From Octopus bimaculoides (lineage: Eukaryota): a DNA stretch of 32,217 nucleotides. The notes under the pieces are model-generated. The model saw nothing but the letters and a program-made list of their open reading frames with translations. It was not told the origin of the DNA and did no database searches. Positions 11,582-21,980 of this stretch are shown one piece after another. Location of the stretch: contig NC_069005.1 in assembly GCF_001194135.2 (NCBI RefSeq), positions 12,510,885-12,543,101 of the forward strand. Reading direction: 5' to 3'. The number at the start of each line of letters is the position of its first letter. Within the stretch, counting starts at the first letter, position 1. A program made the position numbers and the translations under genes.

Positions 11582-12674
11582 CATTTAAGCATGGGACTCT
11601 GAAACGCTGATGCCTATCGTTACCTCGAGAAAAAGATCACTTTTAGACATCTATGTTACTTAAGAAGTTTCATAGCCTCTGCTGTGATATCAGAGAATTA
11701 TAAAGCAAGAAGCATGGCAGCAGATTTTTGTATATACAGTTCCAAATAAACGATAAACGGAACGAAGAAAGTGAGCATATTTTAGAAATTAAATGAGTCA
11801 CAAACAAATCAAGAGATGACATTTCCGGAATCATTAGTCACGGTAGTTTACAGTGGTACAATTATTTTTAATCAGACAAATATGTTTGATAAGTCGGACC
11901 CTAGAATATAAAAGAAAAGAATATGGTAGACATTAGTTACAAAGAACAGTGCCTCATTGCCAGAGGAATATGTCCTAGGCGGCTAAGAACGGAAACTGTA
12001 TATTTCAACCTTGCTTCCCAAAATGGAAAGAATGGATGAAGCCTTCCTCCACGTGCTAAACAAAAGAACACTTGGAAAAGCTCTAAACGATGAGTTGTAC
12101 AATGTGTGTTCCTTCGAATGAGGTAGAGGAGTATGGAAACGAGATACTTGGTCATGAAGCTGGAGTAAGACATGACACGACAGAGTTAATACAATACTTA
12201 TCTACTGAAGGTTGGTGCTTCAATATATGGGTCCGTATTATCAAAGGGTTTCATTCAGACTCAATGAAACCGAATTTAACCCAGGGTTGTTCGTTGTGGG
12301 TAGTGGATTATCGTAGACGTTAGCGAAATTAAAATATGTGACCATATTTATCTGCTATGGGCATCTCTGTATTACAGAATTGTGTTTTCCGCATATTATG
12401 TTGCAAAGTGAAATTCTCTGAGGCAAAACCAAATTCCCTTTGGACATTTATGTACATATATGAAATTTTATAGAAGCACAATTATTATAACCACTTTTAT
12501 GCCTGAAAAGACACTTTAAATAAGCACAATACAGTGTATTTACATAAACTGCTCCAAGCGAAATATATTCGGAAATATCTATCTCGCTAGAAACAAAAAG
12601 GTATGCACTTCCATACTTATTATGCTACACAGCTTCCTTCAGTTATATTTTTCTCCATTTCCTAAAGATAGCTA

Positions 12675-12723
12675 TTAGCAAACCCTTTATCAGAGCCTGC
12701 TGCTCTGATAAAGGGATTGCTAA
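12675..12723. other. 22-bp near-perfect hairpin with 5-nt loop
   Basis: ttagcaaaccctttatcagagc-ctgct-gctctgataaagggattgctaa; 21 of 22 positions pair. Confidence 0.9.
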
Positions 12724-14851
12724 CGTTGGTTATTTTAATGTTGTGAAAATTAAGGTTTCTCTTAAAAGTTTCACTCCACCCAACTTTTAGCAGCAAACAT
12801 ATTTAGAAATTACGCCAAACACTTCTTGCAATAATCATACAATTGTTTTGTATTCTCTTGAATAACGATAAAGTATTGCATCCAATGATCGACGAAATGT
12901 TGTTCTATTTTAAGGAACATTTGAGATCATAGGGAAAATATGCTCGGCCATTTAACAGATTAAGTAATTTAGCAGTCGACTTAATTTTAGCACCATTATT
13001 TCATACAGCTTTTACTGTAGACGTTGCAGACTTTAATGTTTTTACAATATTGGTGAACTTTTCTTCCACATCAATCCACTGCAAAATAACAAGTTTAACG
13101 TCCAACATATTTTACAAATCATTTTTGTTTTTTGTACTCAACTGCATTCACTTTTAGTTAATGGTCTTTTCCCGGTCTGCATGAATACGGATCATGCTTT
13201 TTACGCGTTAGAATTTAAATTGAAAGGTAACGTACCAGACAGAGTTCACAACAAATTGTAAAGCAGTACAATCCTAGAAAACTAATGGACGTTAATATTG
13301 GTAAAAATTAGTGATTCTATTATTTCGGATACATAAATATAAATGCGATGATGAAGTCGGTAGAAGAGTGAAGTACAAGGAAGTACTGCCTCATTAAAGT
13401 GAATAACATGACCCCGAGCATTTATATTAATGTAAGAGCGAATACAAAGTGTAAGATAGGTGCTGGTGATGGACACCAATGAAAAACGAAATCAGTTGAA
13501 TTAGTGCACGAGTAAACGGAAATGAAGTGAGCAGACGTAACAAAACGTAGTCGCAAGAGAGGTTTCAACAGAAAAATATACATAATGAATTTTGCTTTTA
13601 AAATTATTGAAATTTATCCGAGTTTCTTTAAGTACACTACTAGCCGCTTTCCGAATTTAGTGGTAATATTTTACACATTGTGTAAGTGCGAACTTTCGTA
13701 ACAAGAGTTTCTGTAATGCAAAATTAATTGCACTTTATGGTCAAATATGTCTTTCCGTTTCTTTTAATAAGGTAAGCGTGCGACTTGAAAGGAAGATGAC
13801 TGAGAACACATCAAGGCTGTTTTCATTGGCTCCTTTTCATCATCGTTGTTGACAATAAACATGATGTTGATGATGTTGCTGATAATGTTTAAAAGTTGAT
13901 TTTCGTCAGAGCGATTTTCTTGTTGATGTTACTACTGCTGTTGTGTTATTGTTGGTGGTGTTGGCGGTGATATTGAAGTGGGAGATGTAATTGTTGTTGT
14001 TTGATATTTCTTTTGATTTTCCTTATTTTTTTCTTAGAGATTATAAAACGCCAGTAACCAAAAAATTAACGAGGTTTTAATATGAAATATATGCCGTCCT
14101 TGATATTCAACAACGCCATAGCAATTCTCAATTGTCCTTTGATCTCTAAACCACTCGTTCATCTCATTTTCTCCCTCTCTTCCTCTTTCGTATGGTCTCT
14201 TCTCCTTCACTTCTTTTACTCCTCTCTCGTTTGTTCTCCTCATCTTCCTCTCTGTCGATCTCCCATTCTGTTACACTATATTATTTCTCCCTCCCAGTCT
14301 TTAACATTTGCCTCTTTCTCATGCAAACGCATAGATACACGCATATGCACAGACACAGACATGTGTGTACGTGTGTGTGTGTGTATTTTTGTGTGGTTTA
14401 TGTATAAGTGAGCTGTTCGTGTATATGTGCGTTTGTGTGAAAGTGCGAATCTGTATGTTAAGGAGTTCATTCATCTGGTGGATATCGATAAATACGATAT
14501 CTGCTAAGATCAATATATTGAAATTCTACCCTAGAAGACTGTCTCAACATGAGAGGACCACAGTCCAATGATTGACATCTGTTAGAAGAATAAATAATAT
14601 GAAAAGAATGAATATACAGAGTCAGGGTACATACGCTCATCTGCTAAAATTATGATGTAAATCCGAGCCACCAGAAACAGCTTTCGCGTTTGTAACACCA
14701 TACTTTCTCCCCAATGAATTTCTGTGTCTTTGTACTCAATGTAAGTTTGCTCTGTTAATACTGTAAACTTTCTATCTTTGCCTTGTCTCTACTTACTTGT
14801 GTACCTGAATATTTATTTTGTATAATCTAACACAAGAGGTTTTATTTGTTT

Positions 14852-14859
<8 letters not shown>

Positions 14860-14903
<44 letters not shown>
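14860..14903. repeat. (CT)n microsatellite running into an N-gap
   Basis: Directly visible. Confidence 0.95.
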
Positions 14904-15311
14904 NNNNNNNNNNNNNNNNNNNNNNNNNNNNNNNNNNNNNNNNNNNNNNNNNNNNNNNNNNNNNNNNNNNNNNNNNNNNNNNNNNNNNNNNNNNNNNNNN
15001 NNNNNNNNNNNNNNNNNNNNNNNNNNNNNNNNNNNNNNNNNNNNNNNNNNNNNNNNNNNNNNNNNNNNNNNNNNNNNNNNNNNNNNNNNNNNNNNNNNNN
15101 NNNNNNNNNNNNNNNNNNNNNNNNNNNNNNNNNNNCTTGGTTATACTTGAGATTCCTCCAATCTGGCCAGCCCCAATGAAAATCTAAGCTAAGAGCACTA
15201 GATTGTTTGTAAAAAAACCAGCGAATGTAAACGAAATCAACGACGGAAAAAAGACGGAGAAATGGTACACAAATACAAATGCAAATAACAGGACATTAAC
15301 AACAGGTGTCT

Positions 15312-16020
15312 TTCGACTAAAGACGAATTGAATTAAGCTGGCGTGTGTGGAAGTGAAAGCCTTACGTCAGGGACAACAAATCATCCAGACAGATGATACA
15401 AAACAGGGACAACAAAAAACAAGGACGAGTCATTCGGAGTTTTCTTTCCTTGGTTCGAGTTCCAGATTAACTTCGCAATTTCGGCTGGTTATAATCGAGA
15501 TCGCTCTTTGTTCCGTTTTTGTATCAGCTAACTGTCTAGACGTTTTGCGTTCTTGTCCCATTTTTTGTATTATTTTTATATACATATGGCGGCGTACGTA
15601 CACTTTTGTCTTTTATATGTAAGTACATATATATATGTACTTACTCTCTCTTATTATTTCATTCTTTCTTTCTTTCTTTCAGTCCCTTCACAGTTACTTC
15701 GTTCTTTCCACTCTTCTTTCTTTTGTTCCCCGTCTCTTACATTTCCTGGCTTTCTCTTCATTCTCACTTTCCCTCCTCTTTCACTTCACGCTGTTCCTTT
15801 TCTTTTTTCTCATCCCTCCCTATTCTTCTATACTTCTGCCTCTACCTCTCTCCTCTCTCTCCACGTGACCGGTGTTCGGCCAAGACTGACATTTCTTTCA
15901 TGGTTCAACTACCATCCATGCAACATCTATATTCCTCCCCATGCCTGTCATCTCTAATGTCCCAACCGTAAGGCTTCACTTCCACACACGCCAGCTTAAT
16001 TTAATTCGTCCTTAATCGAA
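15312..16020. mobile_element. Element bounded by about 64-bp inverted termini (MITE-like or Penelope-like with inverted pLTR)
   Basis: The reverse complement of 15312-15375 matches 15958-16020 at 57 of 64 positions by manual alignment (core cacttccacacacgccagcttaatt). The interior is CT-rich low complexity. Confidence 0.65.
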
Positions 16021-16200
16021 GTTTGGCACAAAGCCAGCAATTTCAGGAGAATGGGGTTTAGTCGATTACAACAACACCAGTATTCAGCTGGTACTTATTT
16101 TATCGACTCTGTGATGATGAAACGCAAATTCTGTCTGGGCGAAATATGAACTCAGAACTTAAAGACGAAGAAAATGCCGCTAATCATTTTTCCCGGAGGA
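16021..16200 (-). mobile_element. SINE family B
   Basis: ggcacaaagccagcaatttcagg...gtcgattac...ctggtacttattttatcgac...gaactcagaacttaaagacga is the reverse complement of the family-B body. Confidence 0.8.
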
Positions 16201-16530
16201 CTCACAGTTCTTTCACCTCTCCGACTCATAAATGCTTTTCATATTTACAAAGTATTTATTTATTAATAAAATCTTAAGTGTCATCTTAAATTTTCAGATC
16301 AAACCCCTTGTATATTAACCACTTAATCTATTTGATCCAAACGTTTGGATACCAGAGATGAGTGGAAAGAGTATTTGACAAACAACTTTCATATCACAGA
16401 AATTCATATAAACATGTGTTCATTAATTTTATCTTCATTATACAGTTGAGGCAATGATTCTATTTATGTTTTGGAGATCGGGTTTTCCCTTAGTATCGAA
16501 GAAAAACTGTGCTTTGCGCCCTTTCTTTGT

Positions 16531-16531
16531 A

Positions 16532-16565
<34 letters not shown>

Positions 16566-16850
16566 TAGTTTTATTTTTATAACGTGCTTTCACTTCACTA
16601 CCGAGCGCAGCTCTGTGCGCCTTGGGTATGTGCTGTGGTTTGCTGTGGTGCTCTTATGTTTACTGTATTGAAAGTGTTTTGCGTAGAATGTGTGCAGTAC
16701 CCAGTAGTGCAATTTTCTGTATGTTATATATATTTGTAAGTCCTGGTGTTTTTGTTATGTATTTGTCTGAATATTTTTTTATTATACCTAAGGCACCTAC
16801 TATGATAGGAATTGTTTCTGTTTTTAGATTCCACATTCGAGTTATCTCTA
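16531..16850 (-). mobile_element. R4/Dong-like non-LTR retrotransposon 3' end: ORF C-terminus, 3' UTR and (TAA)n tail; the rest lies in the N-gap
   Basis: Stop-free EITRMWNLKTETIPIIVGALGIIKKYSDKYITKTPGLTNIYNIQKIALLGTAHILRKTLSIQ* matches the end of R4/Dong restriction-like endonuclease domains (EI.RMW......PIIVGALG ... IQK..LLGTAHILR). It is followed by a ~100-nt UTR and (TAA)n. Confidence 0.88.
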
Positions 16851-17495
16851 NNNNNNNNNNNNNNNNNNNNNNNNNNNNNNNNNNNNNNNNNNNNNNNNNN
16901 NNNNNNNNNNNNNNNNNNNNNNNNNNNNNNNNNNNNNNNNNNNNNNNNNNNNNNNNNNNNNNNNNNNNNNNNNNNNNNNNNNNNNNNNNNNNNNNNNNNN
17001 NNNNNNNNNNNNNNNNNNNNNNNNNNNNNNNNNNNNNNNNNNNNNNNNNNNNNNNNNNNNNNNNNNNNNNNNNNNNNNNNNNNNNNNNNNNNNNNNNNNN
17101 NNNNNNNNNNNNNNNNNNNNNNNNNNNNNNNNNNNNNNNNNNNNNNNNNNNNNNNNNNNNNNNNNNNNNNNNNNNNNNNNNNNNNNNNNNNNNNNNNNNN
17201 NNNNNNNNNNNNNNNNNNNNNNNNNNNNNNNNNNNNNNNNNNNNNNNNNNNNNNNNNNNNNNNNNNNNNNNNNNNNNNNNNNNNNNNNNNNNNNNNNNNN
17301 NNNNNNNNNNNNNNNNNNNNNNNNNNNNNNNNNNNNNNNNNNNNNNNNNNNNNNNNNNNNNNNNNNNNNNNNNNNNNNNNNNNNNNNNNNNNNNNNNNNN
17401 NNNNNNNNNNNNNNNNNNNNNNNNNNNNNNNNNNNNNNNNNNNNNNNNNNNNNNNNNNNNNNNNNNNNNNNNNNNNNNNNNNNNNNNNNNNNNNN

Positions 17496-17596
17496 TTATC
17501 ATTATTATTATTATTATTTTAAATTATTACTATTATTATCATTATTATTATTATTATTTTAAATTATTACTATTATTATCATTATTATTATTATTA
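17496..17596. repeat. (TTA)n-derived tract with exact 40-bp periodicity (about 2.5 copies)
   Basis: The unit aaattattactattattatcattattattattattatttt recurs with period 40. Confidence 0.9.
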
Positions 17597-17600
17597 CTGT

Positions 17601-18170
17601 GTGAGAGAGCAGCGCATACCATTAAATTGACACTGGGTTACCAATATACGAAGCCCAATATACTAGAGGTGTTATCATTTACATGCTTTGTCTTGGTATA
17701 AAAGATGGGCTACAGCAAATATTCTGCTCAATACCACAGATTTGCTTGTCAGTTGTTTGACTTTAACTAGTTAAGCATATCTTCTATTGGCTGAAGATAC
17801 GTGCATCTCTGATCTCGAGCAGAAGTAGTGGGGCAGCAAGATAGTCATGTTTTGAGAGGGATTCTTTCAGGTTTGAATAATTCACCTCTGGTAGCATGGG
17901 TGTTACGTTCATCATCCTTAAAGAACCCTTATTCAGGGACCTTTTGAGCGAGATGGGCTACACGACCCGAAAAAAAATTCTAACATGGCATGCAGGGTAA
18001 TGTTGGAATTTGCACTTTTTATCTTGATACAAGGTTACCATATCGCGCACGTATGGCTGTGATGCCTATGCTTGGTGTACCCTTATCAGACGGGTAGACA
18101 TGATGGGTATATAGGGCTTTGTATATTTATACCCTAGTGTCACTCTGATGGCTTGCATTACTCTCCCACT
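17601..18170. mobile_element. 570-bp element with 63-bp inverted termini, flanked by (TTA)n and (TAA/TGA)n
   Basis: 17601-17663 matches the reverse complement of 18107-18169 at 48 of 63 positions by manual alignment. The interior is complex and non-coding, and resembles an abundant octopus interspersed repeat (from memory). Confidence 0.7.
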
Positions 18171-18191
18171 CAATAATAATACTGATAATAG

Positions 18192-18251
<60 letters not shown>

Positions 18252-18288
18252 NNNNNNNNNNGGATAATGATGATGATGATGATGATGA
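18192..18288. repeat. (GAT)n microsatellite with 10-N gap
   Basis: Directly visible. Confidence 0.95.
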
Positions 18289-18399
18289 GGCTTTTGGTAT
18301 AAAGCCAGTAGTTTCGGAGGAATGATTAAGTCGATTACATTGACTTAGCCGGTATTTATTTTATCGACCTCGAAATGATGAAAGGCAAAATCGACCTCC
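18289..18399 (-). mobile_element. SINE family B, partial
   Basis: aagccagtagtttcgg...aagtcgattacattgac...ggtatttattttatcgacctcgaaatgatgaaaggcaaaatcgacctc. Confidence 0.8.
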
Positions 18400-19567
18400 C
18401 TAGAAGAGTCCGTTTGCAGTCTCCAGCCAATGCTGATAAAACCAACAATAAACCTGAAAAGTTTTGGGAGCAGAATGACTGTGCCTCGACACCCCGAAAC
18501 GGACGCAAGAAGAAAGAACAGTTTGTGATTGGAGAAGAAAAGGAAAGCGTAATGACGGTTGCTTCTGACAGAACTCTGTGGACCTGGTGCTTGAGAATGT
18601 AACCCACACAACACTCCAAGGAATGGTGGGAGAAAAATGATGATGTATAGATGAATTCTACAACTGGAAAAGTAAATTATAGTAGTATGGGGGAATGTGC
18701 TGTGACAACTCGTTGCTGCATTCACTATTTATTGGTGACTCCCTACTCCAGTCAGATGACATCTTTACATCACTCAGTCAACATCCTCCCAGCCTATTGG
18801 TCTGTTTGATTAATGATTGCTGGTGAGGGTTTTACGAGATCGGTGTGCCAATCCCACCCCAGCCTCTTTTTAGTCGCTTTTTACGACAAAAAGGAGAAAT
18901 TTGGGGTCCATTCCTTGACATGTCATCCCCCACACACTACTAGAAGAAGGCTAAAAACTATTTATACAACTTTATATATGGTCATTTTAATTAAAACACT
19001 ACCCACCCACTCTATACTAAACTTTTACTAATTCTATTGACCAGGGAACACATAATGTGGAAATGACCTAGATATATCGCCTCGAGACAGTTTGGAGAGG
19101 ACGGGCTCAATCAAGCACGATGTGTCTATATAGACGTAAAGTAATATTTAAACATTCTGCCTCCATCGTCTTGACAATCAATATAGGCAACCTGAACGTA
19201 ACAAAGAATATTACTAGGTAATGAATACAATGACTCTATTTCAATATCTTAGCCAGCCATTGGCGCTAAGCCATTGCACTGTGACTATATCAATATTTTG
19301 CGAGAGAACAATTGAATTTAATTGCTCTTAGTAAAATGACACGATTAAGTTACGTCGACGTAACATTCACATTCTTCTCTGTGTGTTAAGATATGTAGAT
19401 AATTTAGACGTGGCTTTATGCTTCATATGTGTCTGCGTCTTAGCTTTCTGTGTGTTTATCAATATAACATTCATTCATAAACCAAGTACATGAATAACTA
19501 TTTCAATCTACATTGGCCGCACACATTCAAAAACAACTCACACTTATACACACCAATAGATACATTC

Positions 19568-19624
19568 CTCTCTCTCCTTCTCTCTCTCTCTCCTTCTCTC
19601 TCTCTCTCCTTCTCTCTCTCTCCT

Positions 19625-19673
<49 letters not shown>

Positions 19674-19760
19674 TTATATATATATATATACACACATATA
19701 TGCACACATATATACACACGCGCACGCACGCACACATATCTATATACATATATATATTGC
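19568..19760. repeat. (CT)n-(TA)n-(CA)n compound microsatellite
   Basis: Directly visible. Confidence 0.93.
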
Positions 19761-20640
19761 GTCATCTCATAAATAATGTGGTGTTTTTCAATTGCATGAA
19801 CTAAAGGTCGGAGGGGTGGAACAAGCTACCTGTATCAACTTGCTATAAAAACAGGTAGTAATTTACTTTGTACTTATTCTTAGTACACATTTTGAAGAGT
19901 GCAGTTCAATATTAACGGTTATTTTTTCAAAGCTATATTGGAAATGACAAAAGAGCATATTCGGCATATTTTGCTTTACGAGTTCAATAAAAGCAACAAT
20001 GCAATGAACAGTGCGAGGAATATTAATGCAGTATATGGGGATCGGACAATAAGCGTAAGCCAGTGTCGGCGGAGGTTCCAGAAATTCCGAACCGGAAACT
20101 ATAGCATAGAAGACGAACCACATGCTGGAAGATCTCCAGCGCTCAACGAGGATATACTGCAAACCCTGGTGGAACAAAATCCCATCGTAACTGTTATAGA
20201 TCTAGCAGAGAAACTTGGATTTGGTCATTCAACCACTCATCGACGCCTGCGTGCCATCGGAAAGCGACAATCGTTAGTTTCAAGATGAAATGTATTCCTG
20301 CATCAATATACTGCTCGGTCACATACAGTGAGGATGACATTCCAAAGGCTGGAGCACGTTGAATGGGAAACGTTGCCCTAACCACTATATTCACCGGACA
20401 TTGCCCCATCTGATTATCATTTATTCCGCAATCTTCAAGATCATTTGGATGGAAAAAAATATGAATTCTGTACACGAGGTCAGAACAGTACTGGAGGAGT
20501 ATTTTGCACCACGCACATGTAATGTTTGAAAAGAGGCCTTACAAGTCACCCATATAGATGGAAGAGCATTGTAGAAAATGAAGGAGAGTATATTAAAAAA
20601 GTACTTTGTTTATCTTAATTTTGAAAAATAAAGGTATATA
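19757..20640 (+). mobile_element. Mariner (Mos1/Hsmar1-like, DD34D) element with a large internal deletion
   Basis: From ATG 19944: MTKEHIRHILLYEFNKSNNAMNSARNINAVYGDRTISVSQCRRRFQKFRTGNYSIEDEPHAGRS...EQNPIVTVIDLAEKLGFGHSTTHRRLRAIGK (HTH_48 plus a second HTH). It then jumps to VFLHQYTARSH...WETLP*PLYSPDIAPSDYHLFRNLQDHLDGKKY (YSPDLAPSD motif) and RWKSIVENEGEY. Confidence 0.92.
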
Positions 20641-20644
20641 AAAA

Positions 20645-20926
20645 CTGCATGTATAGGCGATCATTCTGCACGTGAACGATGGGCTCCAAGCATCGTTAGG
20701 AGCTTTCTTGACTTCCAGTCCATCTACTTTAGCTCCTCCTCTGTCCGCTTCAGGATTCCGACGCCATAACGAACTATTGCGACTGTGCGCGAGTTTGTTG
20801 CCGAAATCATGTTTCTGGCATTCAGCTTTGAAGACGATACTTTTGTCACTCGCTGCTCTGCTGGTACTCTGTTGTCTTTTCCTTCATGTCATGGTGTTTG
20901 TTTCCATCTACCTCAAGTATTCCCAG
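20645..20926 (-). mobile_element. R4/Dong-like non-LTR retrotransposon reverse-transcriptase thumb-region fragment (degraded)
   Basis: Manual translation gives LGILEVDGNKHHDMKEKTTEY / QRVTKVSSSKLNARNMISATNSRTVAIVRYGVGILKRTEEELK*MDWKSRKLLTMLGAHRSRA / DRLYM. This follows the YKYLGILE...KLN..N.I.AIN..AV..VRY.GI..W...EL..MDRKTRKLLTM...HP..DVDRLY pattern. Confidence 0.85.
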
Positions 20927-20979
<53 letters not shown>

Positions 20980-20990
20980 CATTATCATTC
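20927..20990. repeat. (TTA)n microsatellite
   Basis: Directly visible; it abuts the 5' end of the RT fragment. Confidence 0.95.
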
Positions 20991-20999
20991 TTACTTTAC

Positions 21000-21180
21000 G
21001 GTGGCGAGCTAGCAGAAATCCTTAGCACGCCGAACAAAATAGTTATCAACATTTCGTCCGTGTTATCGCTATGAGTTCAAATTCCAGCGAAGTTGCCTTT
21101 GCCTTTGCCTTTCATCGTTTCGGGGTCGATAAAAGAAGTACCAGTTGAGTCCTGGAGGCGGTTTAATCGATGAACCCACA
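21000..21180 (+). mobile_element. SINE family B, near full length
   Basis: ggtggcgagctagcagaaatccttagc (A-box-like) ... gagttcaaattcc (B-box-like) ... cctttcatcgtttcggggtcgataaaagaagtaccagttgag. Confidence 0.8.
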
Positions 21181-21457
21181 CCCACACGCATACTAAAATT
21201 TCTGGTCTTGCACCTATAACAGAAAATATTATTGTCATTCACCATTTAATAGTTTCAGGCAAATTTCTGCTGCATTACCTGCTACCCTTCTGTGTTGCTG
21301 TGGTGTGTGCAGCGTTGTGTTCTTGTTTTCATCTTTTGTTTGTTGTTAGGGGCAATACAAACTCTTCCCGATCTTGCAGTGCATGTGTTTTGTCATGGAA
21401 TTTGATTTGAATCTTTTGTTGTATTAGTGTTTGTATTGCATGTTGTATGTGTAGTAC

Positions 21458-21843
21458 AGTGGAGGCGCATGGCCCAGTGGTTAGGGCAGCGGAATCGCGG
21501 TCATAGGATCGCGGTTTCGATTCCCAGACCGGGCGTTGTGAGTGTTTATTGAGAAAAAACATCTAAAGCCCCACGAGGCTCCGGTAGGGGATGGTGGTGA
21601 ACCCTTCTATAATCTTTCACTACAACTTTCTCTCACTCTTACTTCCTGTTTCTGTTGTGCCTGTAATTCAAAGGTTCAGCCTTGTCACACTGTGTCACGC
21701 TGAATATCCTCCGAGAACTACGTTAAGGGTACACGTGTCTGTGGAGTGCTCAGTCACTTGCACGTTAATTTCACGAGCAGGCTGTTCCATTGATCAGATC
21801 AACTGGTACCCTCGACGTCGTAAGCGACGGAGTGCCAACAACA
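21458..21843 (+). mobile_element. Full-length tRNA-derived SINE (family C), 386 bp, with 11-bp target-site duplication
   Basis: A box TGGCCCAGTGG (21470-21480), B box GTTTCGATTCC and a 3' (CAA)n-like tail. An exact direct repeat, atgtgtagtac, lies at 21447-21457 and 21844-21854. Confidence 0.9.
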
Positions 21844-21980
21844 ATGTGTAGTACGTGTTGTGTTCTTCTGTTGGCTATCCGAACTGAAGAGTACATTTCA
21901 CGGAGGTTGTTCATTTTATTGTGTATTTACTGTATAGAGTGTGTCTTGTGTTTGTGGATTGTTTTATTTAGTCTGTACTA

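Noticed and set aside
12535-12606. FGNIYLARNKK followed by a GTATGC donor, resembling kinase subdomain I
   Set aside because: The glycine-rich GxGxxG loop is missing (SKRNI instead), the acceptor is poor, and no other kinase motifs are found nearby.
14797-14826. 30-nt minus-strand AG/GTAAGT-bounded segment (IIQNKYSGTQ)
   Set aside because: It is very AT-rich and short, and such pairs are expected by chance; there is no independent support.
21461-21535. tRNA-like sequence
   Set aside because: It has A and B boxes but continues into a 310-bp body with a tail and TSD, so it is a SINE head and not a tRNA gene.
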